Translations under genes and position numbers: made by a program
NCBI GenBank assembly: GCA_028682925.1
Contig: JAJRAG010000045.1
Span: 1 to 32,902 of the forward strand
DNA from: Methanomassiliicoccales archaeon
Lineage (GTDB): Archaea; Thermoplasmatota; Thermoplasmata; Methanomassiliicoccales; JACIVX01
DNA: 32,902 bases
Reading direction: 5' to 3'
Notes under the pieces: generated by a model
Database searches by the model: none
Seen by the model: the letters and a program-made list of their open reading frames with translations, nothing else
Told to the model about the DNA's origin: nothing
In this document: in pieces, positions 9,209 through 18,667 of the stretch
Numbering within the stretch: position 1 is the first letter of the stretch
Layout: each line of letters begins with the position of its first letter

Positions 9209-11089
9209 CTACTTCGCGGCTGGCAACTTCTTCAGGTCCGCGACGGCGAAATCCAGTCCGAATTTCTTGAGAGTGTCCGCAGTCGGTATCCCGTTCGGCC
9301 ATCCCCTTTCCTGGTAGTACTCCTTGAGCATCTTCTCTATGGGGGGCACTTTGCCTGCGGCGCCGCCTTCCTTGAGCGGTACGAGCATTCTCGGCGGGAG
9401 CAGATCGTTCTTCTTCGGGATCAGACCGTGCTTCAGGTTGAACATTCTGCACAGCTGGTTAATCCTGCCTCCGACCTTTATGAACAGCTCCTTGGTGTCG
9501 GTGTCCCAACCAGTGATCGCGTTGATCATGTCCGCCTTCATCTTGTGCGTGTAGCCTGCGAAGTCATAGAACAGACAGTAGCTCAACGCGTTGTCGAACT
9601 GGCAGATGTCCTGCCACGCCAAAGCGGCCTTTCCCTTCAGCTTGTCATCGAACCTATCCATTCCAGGCAGGTCGTACTCTGCAACAGGAATCCCGAGCTC
9701 AGAGCCCTCGGGGAATCCCGTCACATGGCATGGTCCGCGAGGTCCGGTCACGTAGTTTACCGCCATCGAGAAGAACGCACGCGGATCGTGAGCCGGTATT
9801 ACGGCATTGTTCACCTGAACAGCGATCTCAGGGCATCCGAGCTTCTCGCTCGCGACACGCAATCCCTCACCCAGCAGTTTGCCCATCGCGTTCGATCTGA
9901 ACGTTATCAGCTTCAGGAGCTTGCACATCGCAACTCCGTCTCCCCACTTCAGCTCGAACCCGAGGTCCTTCTTCTTGATGAACCCCTTCTCGTATGCTTC
10001 CATGGCAAACCCGAGGACACCGCCGAAATCGATGGTGTCGATGCTCCACATGTTGCAGAGGTGGTTGGCGTAATTGATCGCCTTCAGGTCGTCGATAAGG
10101 CAGTTGCTGCCCATCATTCCCAAGGTCTCATACTCTGGACCGTAGCCGTCCATGTCGCACTTCTTTCCTTCTTTTACCGTCACGCGCCTGTGGCATCCCA
10201 TGACGCAATTCGAGCAAGCATCAGGCCTGGGCTTCAACACCGGGTTAAAATCACCGCCAGCGGACCCGATCTTCTTCGCACCTTCTGGCCATGATCCCAG
10301 AGCGAAGTTCTTCATCGGGAGCAGGCTCAGCTGTTCACGAGGGATAATAGCCATAGCCTGTCCTTCTTCGCGGTTTGATTTCGCGAAACCGTTGTCCTTT
10401 ACGATTCCGGCGAATTCCTTCTTGAGCGCCTTCAACTTCTCTGGGTCCTTGATCGGATTGTGCTTGTCTCCCTTGAGCACGATCGCCTTCAGTTTCTTCG
10501 AGCCCATCACGGCGCCGCCGCCCATTCGGCCAGCGTTACCGTGGCCGTCGATGATCGTAAGGGCAGCATATCTGACCAGGTTCTCAGCGCCTTGTCCGAT
10601 AGGAACAACGACCGCGTCCTTGTCCCCTACTTCCTTCCAGAGCGCTTCCTGAGTCTCATGGATGTCCTTTCCCCACAGGCCAGATGCATCCTTCAGCTCG
10701 ACCTTGCCGTTCATGACTTTGAGATAGACGGGCTTCTTCGCCGCACCCTTGACCACTATCGCATCGTACCCAGTGCGCTTCAGTTCCTCAGCGAGATAGC
10801 CTCCACCGGTCGACTGACCCCAGAATCCGGTCAGAGGGGATTTGAAATTTATCGTAAACCGCCCTGAACCCAGTATTCCGGTGTATCCCTGGATAGGTCC
10901 CACTGATAGAACGAAGACGTTGTCGGGGCCCAATGGATCCGCGCCAGCAGGTATCTCGTCGTAACAGATCTTAACGCCGAAGCCGACTCCTCCCAGCCAA
11001 TCTCGGGCAAACTTCTCATCGAATTCCTGAGTGGATATCTTCCCGGTAGTCAGGTCCACTCGTAGTATCTTTCCCCAGTATCCATACAT
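9209..11089 (-). CDS. aor: Aldehyde:ferredoxin oxidoreductase family (tungstopterin enzyme)
   Basis: The N-terminus MYGYWGKILRVDLTTGKI is typical of the family, and 626 aa is the usual length. The [4Fe-4S] ligand region is DACSNCVMGCHR. GGAGG lies about 9 nt upstream of the ATG. Confidence 0.9.
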   Translation of the reverse strand: MYGYWGKILRVDLTTGKISTQEFDEKFARDWLGGVGFGVKICYDEIPAGADPLGPDNVFVLSVGPIQGYTGILGSGRFTINFKSPLTGFWGQSTGGGYLAEELKRTGYDAIVVKGAAKKPVYLKVMNGKVELKDASGLWGKDIHETQEALWKEVGDKDAVVVPIGQGAENLVRYAALTIIDGHGNAGRMGGGAVMGSKKLKAIVLKGDKHNPIKDPEKLKALKKEFAGIVKDNGFAKSNREEGQAMAIIPREQLSLLPMKNFALGSWPEGAKKIGSAGGDFNPVLKPRPDACSNCVMGCHRRVTVKEGKKCDMDGYGPEYETLGMMGSNCLIDDLKAINYANHLCNMWSIDTIDFGGVLGFAMEAYEKGFIKKKDLGFELKWGDGVAMCKLLKLITFRSNAMGKLLGEGLRVASEKLGCPEIAVQVNNAVIPAHDPRAFFSMAVNYVTGPRGPCHVTGFPEGSELGIPVAEYDLPGMDRFDDKLKGKAALAWQDICQFDNALSYCLFYDFAGYTHKMKADMINAITGWDTDTKELFIKVGGRINQLCRMFNLKHGLIPKKNDLLPPRMLVPLKEGGAAGKVPPIEKMLKEYYQERGWPNGIPTADTLKKFGLDFAVADLKKLPAAK

Positions 11090-11343
11090 TTCCCGATTTC
11101 CTCCATTCCCTTGACAGTCTGTGCCTCACACGACCATCTGATAGACGGTCTAGCACCTTAGAGAAGAGGAACTCTGTACGTGTTTCACGTTTTCTAGGTC
11201 GATTCGATTGCTGCCAGTCTCTCTCAAATAGGTAGGTGCTCACGTCCGACGAGGCACGCCGCCCTTATAAGGCTAAACCTGTTCGATAGCCTTAAGAATT
11301 TCGTTATGCTGGGGAAAGCATTTCGTTCATTGTTGTCAATAGC

Positions 11344-11350
11344 AATATAT
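11344..11350 (+). promoter_or_regulatory. Candidate TATA box (AATATAT) about 27 nt upstream of ATG 11377, which would imply a leaderless or near-leaderless mRNA
   Basis: Based only on position and AT-rich composition. Confidence 0.25.
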
Positions 11351-11376
11351 GGCCCCTGCTCACTGAAGGAATAAGC

Positions 11377-11883
11377 ATGGAAGAGAAACTACTTTCTGTT
11401 CTCGCGGCGGCAATCGAGGTCGAGAAGTTCGGTTATGACCTGTACATTAGCATGAACGAGTGCGTTGGAGACAAGAAGGGAGCCGCTTTGCTGAGAGGGC
11501 TGGCAAGAGACGAGAGGGAGCATCGAAGAATACTTGAGAAGGAGATCGTGAGAATCGCGCCCTCGGTGGAACCTTCTTCCATCAAACCCGTCAAGGACTT
11601 CCTGATGATCATTCCAGAACACGTGTTTCCTGCGACCATCAGCGCTCGATGTGCAACGCTGGAGGGAGAGATCGAGGCGGTCGAGCTCGCAATCAAGGTC
11701 GAGGACAGCTCAATCAAGATGTACGACGAGGCTGTAAATTTGATCGAGGATGATAAAGCGAAGGATGTACTGAAAGGGCTGGCAAAATGGGAGAGTGGAC
11801 ATAAGGAGGCTCTGGAACAGAACCTTCACATGCTCAGGACGGAGGGGTCGTGGTATGGATACTCCCCGATACTCGAGGGTTGA
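11377..11883 (+). CDS. Rubrerythrin/ferritin-like diiron four-helix-bundle protein without a rubredoxin domain
   Basis: Two E...ExxH half-sites are present: EVEKFGYDLY...DEREHRRIL and EIEAVELAIKVE...WESGHKEAL. Confidence 0.7.
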   Translation: MEEKLLSVLAAAIEVEKFGYDLYISMNECVGDKKGAALLRGLARDEREHRRILEKEIVRIAPSVEPSSIKPVKDFLMIIPEHVFPATISARCATLEGEIEAVELAIKVEDSSIKMYDEAVNLIEDDKAKDVLKGLAKWESGHKEALEQNLHMLRTEGSWYGYSPILEG

Positions 11884-12059
11884 TCGACAAGCAGTCAGTC
11901 TGAGCTGGCCGGTCTCGTTTTGGATCCGTTCCCTTTCACCACGGAGCTGGCATTTTAAGTACCAAAACATAAATATCCGATTTCCTTCCTTTACCCCAAC
12001 CTGACCCATCAGATGGGGCAGATAATCGCTGGCTCGAATCCGGACAATAAGGTGAACGA

Positions 12060-13229
12060 ATGGTCAAGATGCCCGATATAAAAAGAGAAATGCTTGCCTG
12101 CCTGCAATGCGGCTATTGCATTCGAGTCTGCGACACCTGGGGGCAGACGCCGTGGGAGTCCGTCACGCCTAGAGGCAAGATCTTCTATCTCAACCAGCTC
12201 ATGAAGAAATCGCCAGTGGATACGCTTCTCGGACGCAAGGTCGAGGTCGACGAGGAGTTCGTCAAGGCCGTGTATATGTGCACTGGCTGTGCGTCTTGCT
12301 GGACGGTCTGTCATGCGAACATCGAGTTCGCTGAGTTCTGGGAGAAGGTGCGAGAGTGGTTGGTGGATCAAGGAGCTGGACCGTTGCCCGCGCACAGCAA
12401 GTTCCACGAACGCATCGAGACGAAGAGGAATCCGTACGGGGAGCCTGTCGACAAGCGCGCGGCTTGGTTCCCTCCGGATGTTCCAAGACACTCGAACCCG
12501 GACGTGGTCTTCTTCGCCGGATGCACCGCCTCATATCGTGTTCAGAACATCGCAAAGGCAGGAGTGACCGTTCTTCATCGAGGAAACGTCAAGTTGGACG
12601 TGCTGGGAGAAGACGAATGGTGCTGCACATCACCGGTCCTGAGAACCGGCATGAACGATCTGACACATAGCTTCGCGGAGCACACCATAACGGAGACGGA
12701 AAGAAGAGGAGCAAAGGCGATGGTTATGACCTGTGCGGGTTGCTACAAGACGACGATGAAGGACTACGGAAGGTTCTATTCGAACCCAACATTTGAGGTC
12801 TATCATTTCTCTCAATACATGCAGAAGCTCCTTAAGGAAAAGAAGTTGAAGTTCACGAAGGAAATCAGGGCCAAGGTGACGTACCACGACCCATGTCATC
12901 TGGGCAGACACGCGGGCGTTTTCGAGCCTCCAAGGGAGGTCTTGAAGGCCATACCTGGTCTTGAGCTGATCGAGATGCCTCGAAACCGTATGAGCTCCAG
13001 ATGTTGCGGGGCGGGCGGAGGATACAAGTCCGCGTTCAACGATTTCGCTGTGAACATAGCGGCGGAAAGGGTAAAAGAGGCATTGGACACTGGAGCGGAG
13101 ATCATAGCGACCGCGTGTCCGTTCTGCGTTCTCAACCTAGATCAGGGAGCAAAGAAGCTGGAGTCGAACATCATTGTCAAAGATATTTCCGAGCTGCTGC
13201 TCGAGGCGACTGAGCCGATACAGAAGTAG
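12060..13229 (+). CDS. HdrD/GlcF-like (Fe-S)-binding protein with two CCG domains
   Basis: Two ferredoxin-type motifs are present, CLQCGYCIRVC and CTGCASCWTVC. They are followed by two Cys-rich CCG-type segments: FAGCT...WCCTSP...CAGC and DPCH...RCCGAGGG...ACPFC. Confidence 0.75.
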   Translation: MVKMPDIKREMLACLQCGYCIRVCDTWGQTPWESVTPRGKIFYLNQLMKKSPVDTLLGRKVEVDEEFVKAVYMCTGCASCWTVCHANIEFAEFWEKVREWLVDQGAGPLPAHSKFHERIETKRNPYGEPVDKRAAWFPPDVPRHSNPDVVFFAGCTASYRVQNIAKAGVTVLHRGNVKLDVLGEDEWCCTSPVLRTGMNDLTHSFAEHTITETERRGAKAMVMTCAGCYKTTMKDYGRFYSNPTFEVYHFSQYMQKLLKEKKLKFTKEIRAKVTYHDPCHLGRHAGVFEPPREVLKAIPGLELIEMPRNRMSSRCCGAGGGYKSAFNDFAVNIAAERVKEALDTGAEIIATACPFCVLNLDQGAKKLESNIIVKDISELLLEATEPIQK

Positions 13230-13437
13230 AGGATCAACGCGGCGTATCTTATTGTGTTCATTTCAACTCGAGATTCGCCTTCAAACAAATGGGGGCAAAC
13301 TCCGAAGACATGCTCGTGAACAAATCCAGCCCCCGTATGGATGTCAGCCAGGAGTTGCCCCCAAGAGACAGAGAAGATGTGTTTCAAGAAGCCGTCTGTT
13401 GGAATGATGGTCTTCTCCCGTCTAGGCCCGGGCATGA

Positions 13438-14100
13438 CTAACTGTACCGACCGCAACTGTAGCAAAACCATGCGTTGTAGTCAGGTAGATAGGTCAGGAC
13501 CTGTCCGCAAGTCGGGCAATGCTTCACCACGTCGATCTTCATGATCGACGCATGTGTCACCACAGGCATCTTCTTCTTGCTCTCGATGTCATAGTACTGG
13601 ACCACCGTGCCCGCACCAGCGATCACGAGGAAGATCGGCACTAAGAGATACGCCGATGTATCGAGGAGATCTAGACCCCAGACTACCATCGATGCGCCGA
13701 TGAGAGCCGTGAACAAAGCAATTATCCTTTCAAAGCCTAGAAAGACTATCACGAAGACAGCTCCGGCTACAAGTAAGGATATCACCGTGCCAGCTCCGAG
13801 TCGATAGAGTAGTGTGAATGCTGCAGCAGCGATGACGAGGGACACTCCAGTTGACACCAGTCGATAGAAGACTGCCCCAAGGAGGACCGCCCCGATTACC
13901 CCCAGTAGGAAAGCAGCCAGCTCTCCACTGAAGACCATTCCTAGGGTATAGCCGAGAACGAACCCAAGGAAGGCACCTATTATGCCCATCAACCCCTTCC
14001 AAATCCTATGTCCTGCAAATGCAAGAGCGAGGCCGAAGACCAGCAACAGTGCGACTACGACAATCTCGATCTCGCCTGGCACCAGAAGAATGGGCTCCAT
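13438..14100 (-). CDS. Multi-pass membrane protein with a C-terminal zinc ribbon
   Basis: Six or seven glycine/alanine-rich TM helices are followed by HCPTCGQVLTYLPDYNAWFCYSCGRY. Confidence 0.6.
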   Translation of the reverse strand: MEPILLVPGEIEIVVVALLLVFGLALAFAGHRIWKGLMGIIGAFLGFVLGYTLGMVFSGELAAFLLGVIGAVLLGAVFYRLVSTGVSLVIAAAAFTLLYRLGAGTVISLLVAGAVFVIVFLGFERIIALFTALIGASMVVWGLDLLDTSAYLLVPIFLVIAGAGTVVQYYDIESKKKMPVVTHASIMKIDVVKHCPTCGQVLTYLPDYNAWFCYSCGRYS

Positions 14101-14259
14101 GTTCCCCCTAGCAGTTAATCGACCTAGTATGCCGATATCCTCTTCATCAATGTTTCTATTTCAGAGTGTCTGGAACGTCTGTCCGAATATCTCACTCGAT
14201 AATGTCTTGCGCGATAGGTTGATATACTCGCAGTCAATCGTTGCAGGTTGCTGCTGGCC

Positions 14260-17001
14260 ATGGTATTTGAACTACTTGATAAAAGGATTCGACGGGTACT
14301 TGCGGAGAAGAAGATTAGCGAGCCGACCGGACCTCAAGTCGACGCGATCCCCCGAATACTCGATGGAGACCACCTCTTGCTCGTTGCTCCGACTGGGATC
14401 GGCAAGACAGAAGCGGCCATGCTTCCAATACTCCATAGTCTCCTCGAGACGGAAGGGAAGGGTATCAAGTGCCTTTACATTACGCCGCTGAGAGCGCTGA
14501 ACAGGGACATGCTCAGAAGACTCGAGGAGTTCGGCGAAGCTCTGGGAATTGGAGTGGCGGTCAGGCACGGGGACACCTCTCAAAGCGAGAGGAACAGACA
14601 ATCGAAGACCGCTCCAGACGTTCTCATAACGACCCCCGAGACGCTCCAGATAATGTTCACCGGCAAGATACTAAGGGAACACCTCTCAAGGATACGCTGG
14701 GTCGTGGTGGACGAAATCCACGAGCTGGCGAACGACGAAAGGGGCGCCCAGCTAGCTGTCGCTCTCGAACGATTGGCGCGTCTCGCAGGAGAATTCCAGA
14801 GGATAGGATTGTCGGCGACGGTAGGAACAGTGCAGGAGGTCGCCAATTTTCTTGGGGGAGTCGGCAGGAGCGTGCGCATCGTACGGACCGAAGTGACCAA
14901 AGAGATGGACGTGACCGTCGAGTGCCCTGACGTAAACGATCAGGACCGAGATCTGGCGGGACCGCTTCAGAGCGATCCCCAGCTCGTAGCCTGCATGCGA
15001 AGGGCAAGGGATATCATCGAATCACACAGATCTACGCTTCTTTTCGTGAACACTCGCGACACCGCCGAGGCGCTCGCTGCGAGGTATCACGTATGGGACG
15101 AGGGATTCAAGATTGGCGTGCACCACGGTTCCCTCTCAAAGGAAATAAGGGTGGAGATGGAGGAAGGGTTCAAGAAAGAGGAGTTGAAGGGGCTTATTTG
15201 CACCTCATCGCTTGAGCTGGGGATAGACATTGGCACGGCAGATTTCGCGATTCAGTACAATTCGCCGAGACAGGTCACCCGCCTGATCCAGAGGATCGGA
15301 AGAGCTGGACACAGGGTGGGGGAGATATCGACAGGGGTCATCATTGCCAGCAATCCGGACGAAATCGCGGAGAGCATGATTATCAGTAGAAGGGCTATGA
15401 ATGGTGAACTGGAGGAGCTGAAGGTCAGAGAGAGCCCGTTCACCGTGCTGGCGAATCAACTCGTTGCCATGGCGATGAGCGGCGCGGTCGGGATAGATAG
15501 TGCCTATGAAACGGTCGTTAGATCTCATCCGTATCGCAACCTTTCGAAGATCGACTTCAATTCAGTCCTTGACCAGCTGGGCAAGATAGGGCTCCTTTTC
15601 GTGGGTAATGATGAGTTCAGACGTTCGAACAGAGGCATGAGGTATTTTTATGATAACGTCTCAATGATTCCGGATGAGAAGACCTATCGGATCAGAGACA
15701 TAAGCGGCAGGAATGTGGTAGGCTCTTTGGATGAGAGCTTCGTCGTGGCTTTTGCAGAGCCGTACGCGACGTTCATCACCCACGGCAAGACCTGGAGGAT
15801 AGTGGAAATGAGGGAGGACGAAATCCTGGTCGAGCAGGTCAAGGAGCTTGGATCGATCCCATCGTGGGTCGGAGAGGAGATCCCGGTCCCGTTCGAAGTG
15901 GCCCAGGAAGTGGGTCAAATGAGAAGGCTCGGGAACATCGAGGACTACTCAGGTGATCATGACGCAGTCGAGAAGCTCCGAGAGTATCTCAAGAGACAAG
16001 AGGACGGCTTTCCCGTGCCTTCAGATGACCTGATCACGCTCGAGGTCGGAAAGAGACTCCTGATACTGAACGCGTGCTTCGGGACGAGGGTCAACGAGAC
16101 CATTTCAAAGATCCTCTCGGTTCTTCTGACCGCCAGACTCGGCGAGAGCGTCATGGTGCACACGGATCCTTACAGGATCGCGATTGAGTTGCCAAGGGAT
16201 CTTAAACCCTCTCTGGTCATCGAGACCTTGAAGTCGATAAAGCCGGATGGGGTGGAAGGTCTTGTCCGCATGGTCATGAAGAGCTCCAGCTTCCTGAAGT
16301 GGCGCTTCATTTACGTTGCCAAGAAGTTCGGAGTCGTAGAGAAGGGGGCGGACTACAGAACGGTCAGCTTCAATCGACTGGCAGAGGTGTTCGAAGGGAC
16401 GCCGCTCTTCGAGGAGGCAGTAAGGAAAGTGCTCTGGGAGGACCTCGATCTAGAGAAGACGACCGAGGTGATCCGACGCGTCGAGTCGGGCCAGATTCGA
16501 TTCGAGACCTGTTCCCTCTCCCCTATAGGAAAGGCGGGTTTGGAGCATTCAAAGGAACTTATAGCCCCCCAGCGCGCCGACCACTCCATCCTTGTAGCGC
16601 TGGGCAAGAGACTAGAGGATGAAATCCTCTACATGACCTGCATGAATTGCACCGACCAATGGCGCATGAGACCAAGGGACGCTCCGAAGAGAATACTCTG
16701 CCCCCGGTGCGGGGGCTTGATGGTCGCTGTCCTGCACCCATACAACAAGGAACTGGTGAAGCTGCTGAAGAAACGCAATCTGAACGAGGAGGAGAGGAAA
16801 GAGATACAGAGAATTCTAAAGAGCGCGAATCTTGTCCTTGAGCATGGCAGGAAGGCGCTCGTCGCTCTCTCTGGCAGGGGAGTCGGTCCGGATACGGCGG
16901 CGAGAATTCTGTCAGGATTCTACGACAACGAGGACGAGTTCCTCAGAGACATTCTCAGTGCAGAGATGAACTACGCAAGGACGAAGAGATTCTGGGACTA
17001 G
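14260..17001 (+). CDS. lhr: Lhr-type superfamily 2 ATP-dependent helicase
   Basis: Motif I is APTGIGKTEAA, motif II is VVDEIHEL, motif III is GLSATVG and motif VI is QRIGRAGH. The long C-terminal extension with the CMNC...CPRC zinc ribbon is typical of archaeal Lhr-like proteins. The start is ATG 14260, or TTG 14248 as in the ORF track. Confidence 0.85.
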   Translation: MVFELLDKRIRRVLAEKKISEPTGPQVDAIPRILDGDHLLLVAPTGIGKTEAAMLPILHSLLETEGKGIKCLYITPLRALNRDMLRRLEEFGEALGIGVAVRHGDTSQSERNRQSKTAPDVLITTPETLQIMFTGKILREHLSRIRWVVVDEIHELANDERGAQLAVALERLARLAGEFQRIGLSATVGTVQEVANFLGGVGRSVRIVRTEVTKEMDVTVECPDVNDQDRDLAGPLQSDPQLVACMRRARDIIESHRSTLLFVNTRDTAEALAARYHVWDEGFKIGVHHGSLSKEIRVEMEEGFKKEELKGLICTSSLELGIDIGTADFAIQYNSPRQVTRLIQRIGRAGHRVGEISTGVIIASNPDEIAESMIISRRAMNGELEELKVRESPFTVLANQLVAMAMSGAVGIDSAYETVVRSHPYRNLSKIDFNSVLDQLGKIGLLFVGNDEFRRSNRGMRYFYDNVSMIPDEKTYRIRDISGRNVVGSLDESFVVAFAEPYATFITHGKTWRIVEMREDEILVEQVKELGSIPSWVGEEIPVPFEVAQEVGQMRRLGNIEDYSGDHDAVEKLREYLKRQEDGFPVPSDDLITLEVGKRLLILNACFGTRVNETISKILSVLLTARLGESVMVHTDPYRIAIELPRDLKPSLVIETLKSIKPDGVEGLVRMVMKSSSFLKWRFIYVAKKFGVVEKGADYRTVSFNRLAEVFEGTPLFEEAVRKVLWEDLDLEKTTEVIRRVESGQIRFETCSLSPIGKAGLEHSKELIAPQRADHSILVALGKRLEDEILYMTCMNCTDQWRMRPRDAPKRILCPRCGGLMVAVLHPYNKELVKLLKKRNLNEEERKEIQRILKSANLVLEHGRKALVALSGRGVGPDTAARILSGFYDNEDEFLRDILSAEMNYARTKRFWD

Positions 17002-17624
17002 AGAGATTGAACCGGATTCGCAAGTCTGCCGACTTTCGGGATCACGACCTCAATCAAATCTCCCGGCTGGATCGGCCCGACCCCTTCAGGCGTGCCGGTC
17101 GCGATGATGTCTCCTTCCTCGAGCTTCATCCATCGCGAAATGTACGCCACCAGTTCGGCAACGCTGAAGATCATCTCGGAAGTGCTTCCTCGCTGTCTTA
17201 TGACCCCATTCACCCTAAGTTCGATATCGAGATCCTGCAGATCCTCGACATTTTCAACAGGACATGAATCTGAGATGGGTGAGAAGGTGTCGATTCCTTT
17301 GCTAATTGTCCATGGCAACCCCTTCTTCTTGGCGGTGGCCTGAAGATCGCGCGCGGTCACATCGTTGAAGACCGCTACTTGAGCTATGCAATCCAAAGCG
17401 TCCTCGACCGGCACGTTCTTGCCGCGGTTTCCGATTATCACCGCGAGCTCGGCCTCGTGATCAATCCTTCCTATGCCACGAGGCAGGAGTATCGAATCGC
17501 CGTCACCGATCAGAGAACTCGGAGGTTTCAGGAAAAGAACTGGCTCCATCGGATCTTCTGACTTCATCTCTGCGATGTGGCCGTGATAGTTGCGCCCAAC
17601 ACATACTATTTTCCTACAGAGCAC
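16998..17624 (-). CDS. Fumarylacetoacetate hydrolase (FAH) family protein
   Basis: KIVCVGRNYHGHIAEM, FLKPPSSL, HEAELAVIIG and GTPEGVG motifs are present. The start codon is GTG. Confidence 0.85.
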   Translation of the reverse strand: MLCRKIVCVGRNYHGHIAEMKSEDPMEPVLFLKPPSSLIGDGDSILLPRGIGRIDHEAELAVIIGNRGKNVPVEDALDCIAQVAVFNDVTARDLQATAKKKGLPWTISKGIDTFSPISDSCPVENVEDLQDLDIELRVNGVIRQRGSTSEMIFSVAELVAYISRWMKLEEGDIIATGTPEGVGPIQPGDLIEVVIPKVGRLANPVQSL

Positions 17625-17651
17625 GGGGTTCCACCCTCTCTGAACAACTCA

Positions 17652-17888
17652 TCACTGGATCTCGTCGCTTACTGTCTCAAGCTTGAACAGCACGCCCATG
17701 CCCCTCAAGGTGGTGTGGACCTTATCGGCGAGAAAGACCGCGTCCTCAACGGTGGCCTTGCTGGGCCAGCGATACAGACAATCATAACTACCTGTCGTCG
17801 TCTCGAAGCCTAGGTTGTGGAGCGCGCTAAGCACCTCGGACGGCCTCTTCCCCTCGGTGCTGAAGCTCACGGTCAGATAGGTGATCAT
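17652..17888 (-). CDS. Small hypothetical protein (78 aa) between rlmE and the FAH gene
   Basis: A clean ATG-initiated ORF, co-oriented with its neighbours and 27 nt upstream of the FAH gene. The composition is globular with an alternating beta/alpha pattern. No family was recognised. Confidence 0.45.
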   Translation of the reverse strand: MITYLTVSFSTEGKRPSEVLSALHNLGFETTTGSYDCLYRWPSKATVEDAVFLADKVHTTLRGMGVLFKLETVSDEIQ

Positions 17889-17974
17889 CGCCCCTGCATC
17901 GCCTCTCTTGTCTTAAAAACTGTCGGTGAAGAGCAATGAATATGCACGAACATGAAGCTCGACAAGACCAGGGG

Positions 17975-18577
17975 CTATCCCAAGAATCCTTTCGCGATGA
18001 TGTATATCTCCGAACTTGATGATCGAGATGCCTTCGGACCGTGAAGCCGGACTTCGCCAAAGTGCTTCCTCACCTCCGCAAGGAAATCCTGCATCAGGTC
18101 CCCCTGGAATATCTTCATGACCATGCATCCGCGCTTCTTCAATATCTTTGATGCAAAAACCAGGCCGTGGTGGCACAGCTCGACCGACCTCGCATGATCC
18201 ATGGAATAACTGCCGCTGATGTGCGGCGACATGTCCGATAGAACGACGTCCACCTTGCCCCCGATCTGGGAAAAGAGCTCGTTAACCGTCTCCTCTTCCC
18301 GTATGTCCCCTCTGATCACAATGACATCGTCAATCGGCTCGATCGATTGCATGTCGAGACCTACGACCTTTCCGGTCGGACCGACGACCTCCCGCGCGAC
18401 TTGAAGCCAACCTCCGGGGGCGGCACCAAGATCGACCACTCTGGCACCTTTGCGAAGAATGTGAAATCTATCATCAATCTGCTTCAGCTTGAAAGCGGCC
18501 CTGCTTCGATAGTCCATCTTCTTCGCCTTCTTGTAGTAGTAGTCATTCCTGCGCTCAGCAAGCCAGCGCTTCGACAT
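17975..18577 (-). CDS. rlmE: 23S rRNA (uridine-2'-O)-methyltransferase RlmE/FtsJ
   Basis: YRSRAAFKLKQIDDRF, the SAM-binding loop VVDLGAAPGGWLQVA, VVLSDMSP and MKIFQG are present. Confidence 0.85.
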   Translation of the reverse strand: MSKRWLAERRNDYYYKKAKKMDYRSRAAFKLKQIDDRFHILRKGARVVDLGAAPGGWLQVAREVVGPTGKVVGLDMQSIEPIDDVIVIRGDIREEETVNELFSQIGGKVDVVLSDMSPHISGSYSMDHARSVELCHHGLVFASKILKKRGCMVMKIFQGDLMQDFLAEVRKHFGEVRLHGPKASRSSSSEIYIIAKGFLG

Positions 18578-18667
18578 CGCCCACCAATCCTTGTTCGCAG
18601 GGCATAAATGTTTGCTCGGACGGAGGTTATTTCAGAGGGCCCGCCGATTACCAGTCCGGGACGGTCG

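Noticed and set aside
9428-10294. A 288-aa plus-strand ORF, with further long ORFs of the same kind at 4208..4822, 5286..5873, 12009..12491, 19052..19582 and 20954..21457
   Set aside because: All lie antisense to, or out of frame within, genes with clear family motifs (AOR, nitrilase, ABC ATPase, HdrD-like, PurM, DHS). Their translations are Arg/Ser/His/Leu-rich without recognisable motifs. They are shadow ORFs of the kind produced by codon bias.
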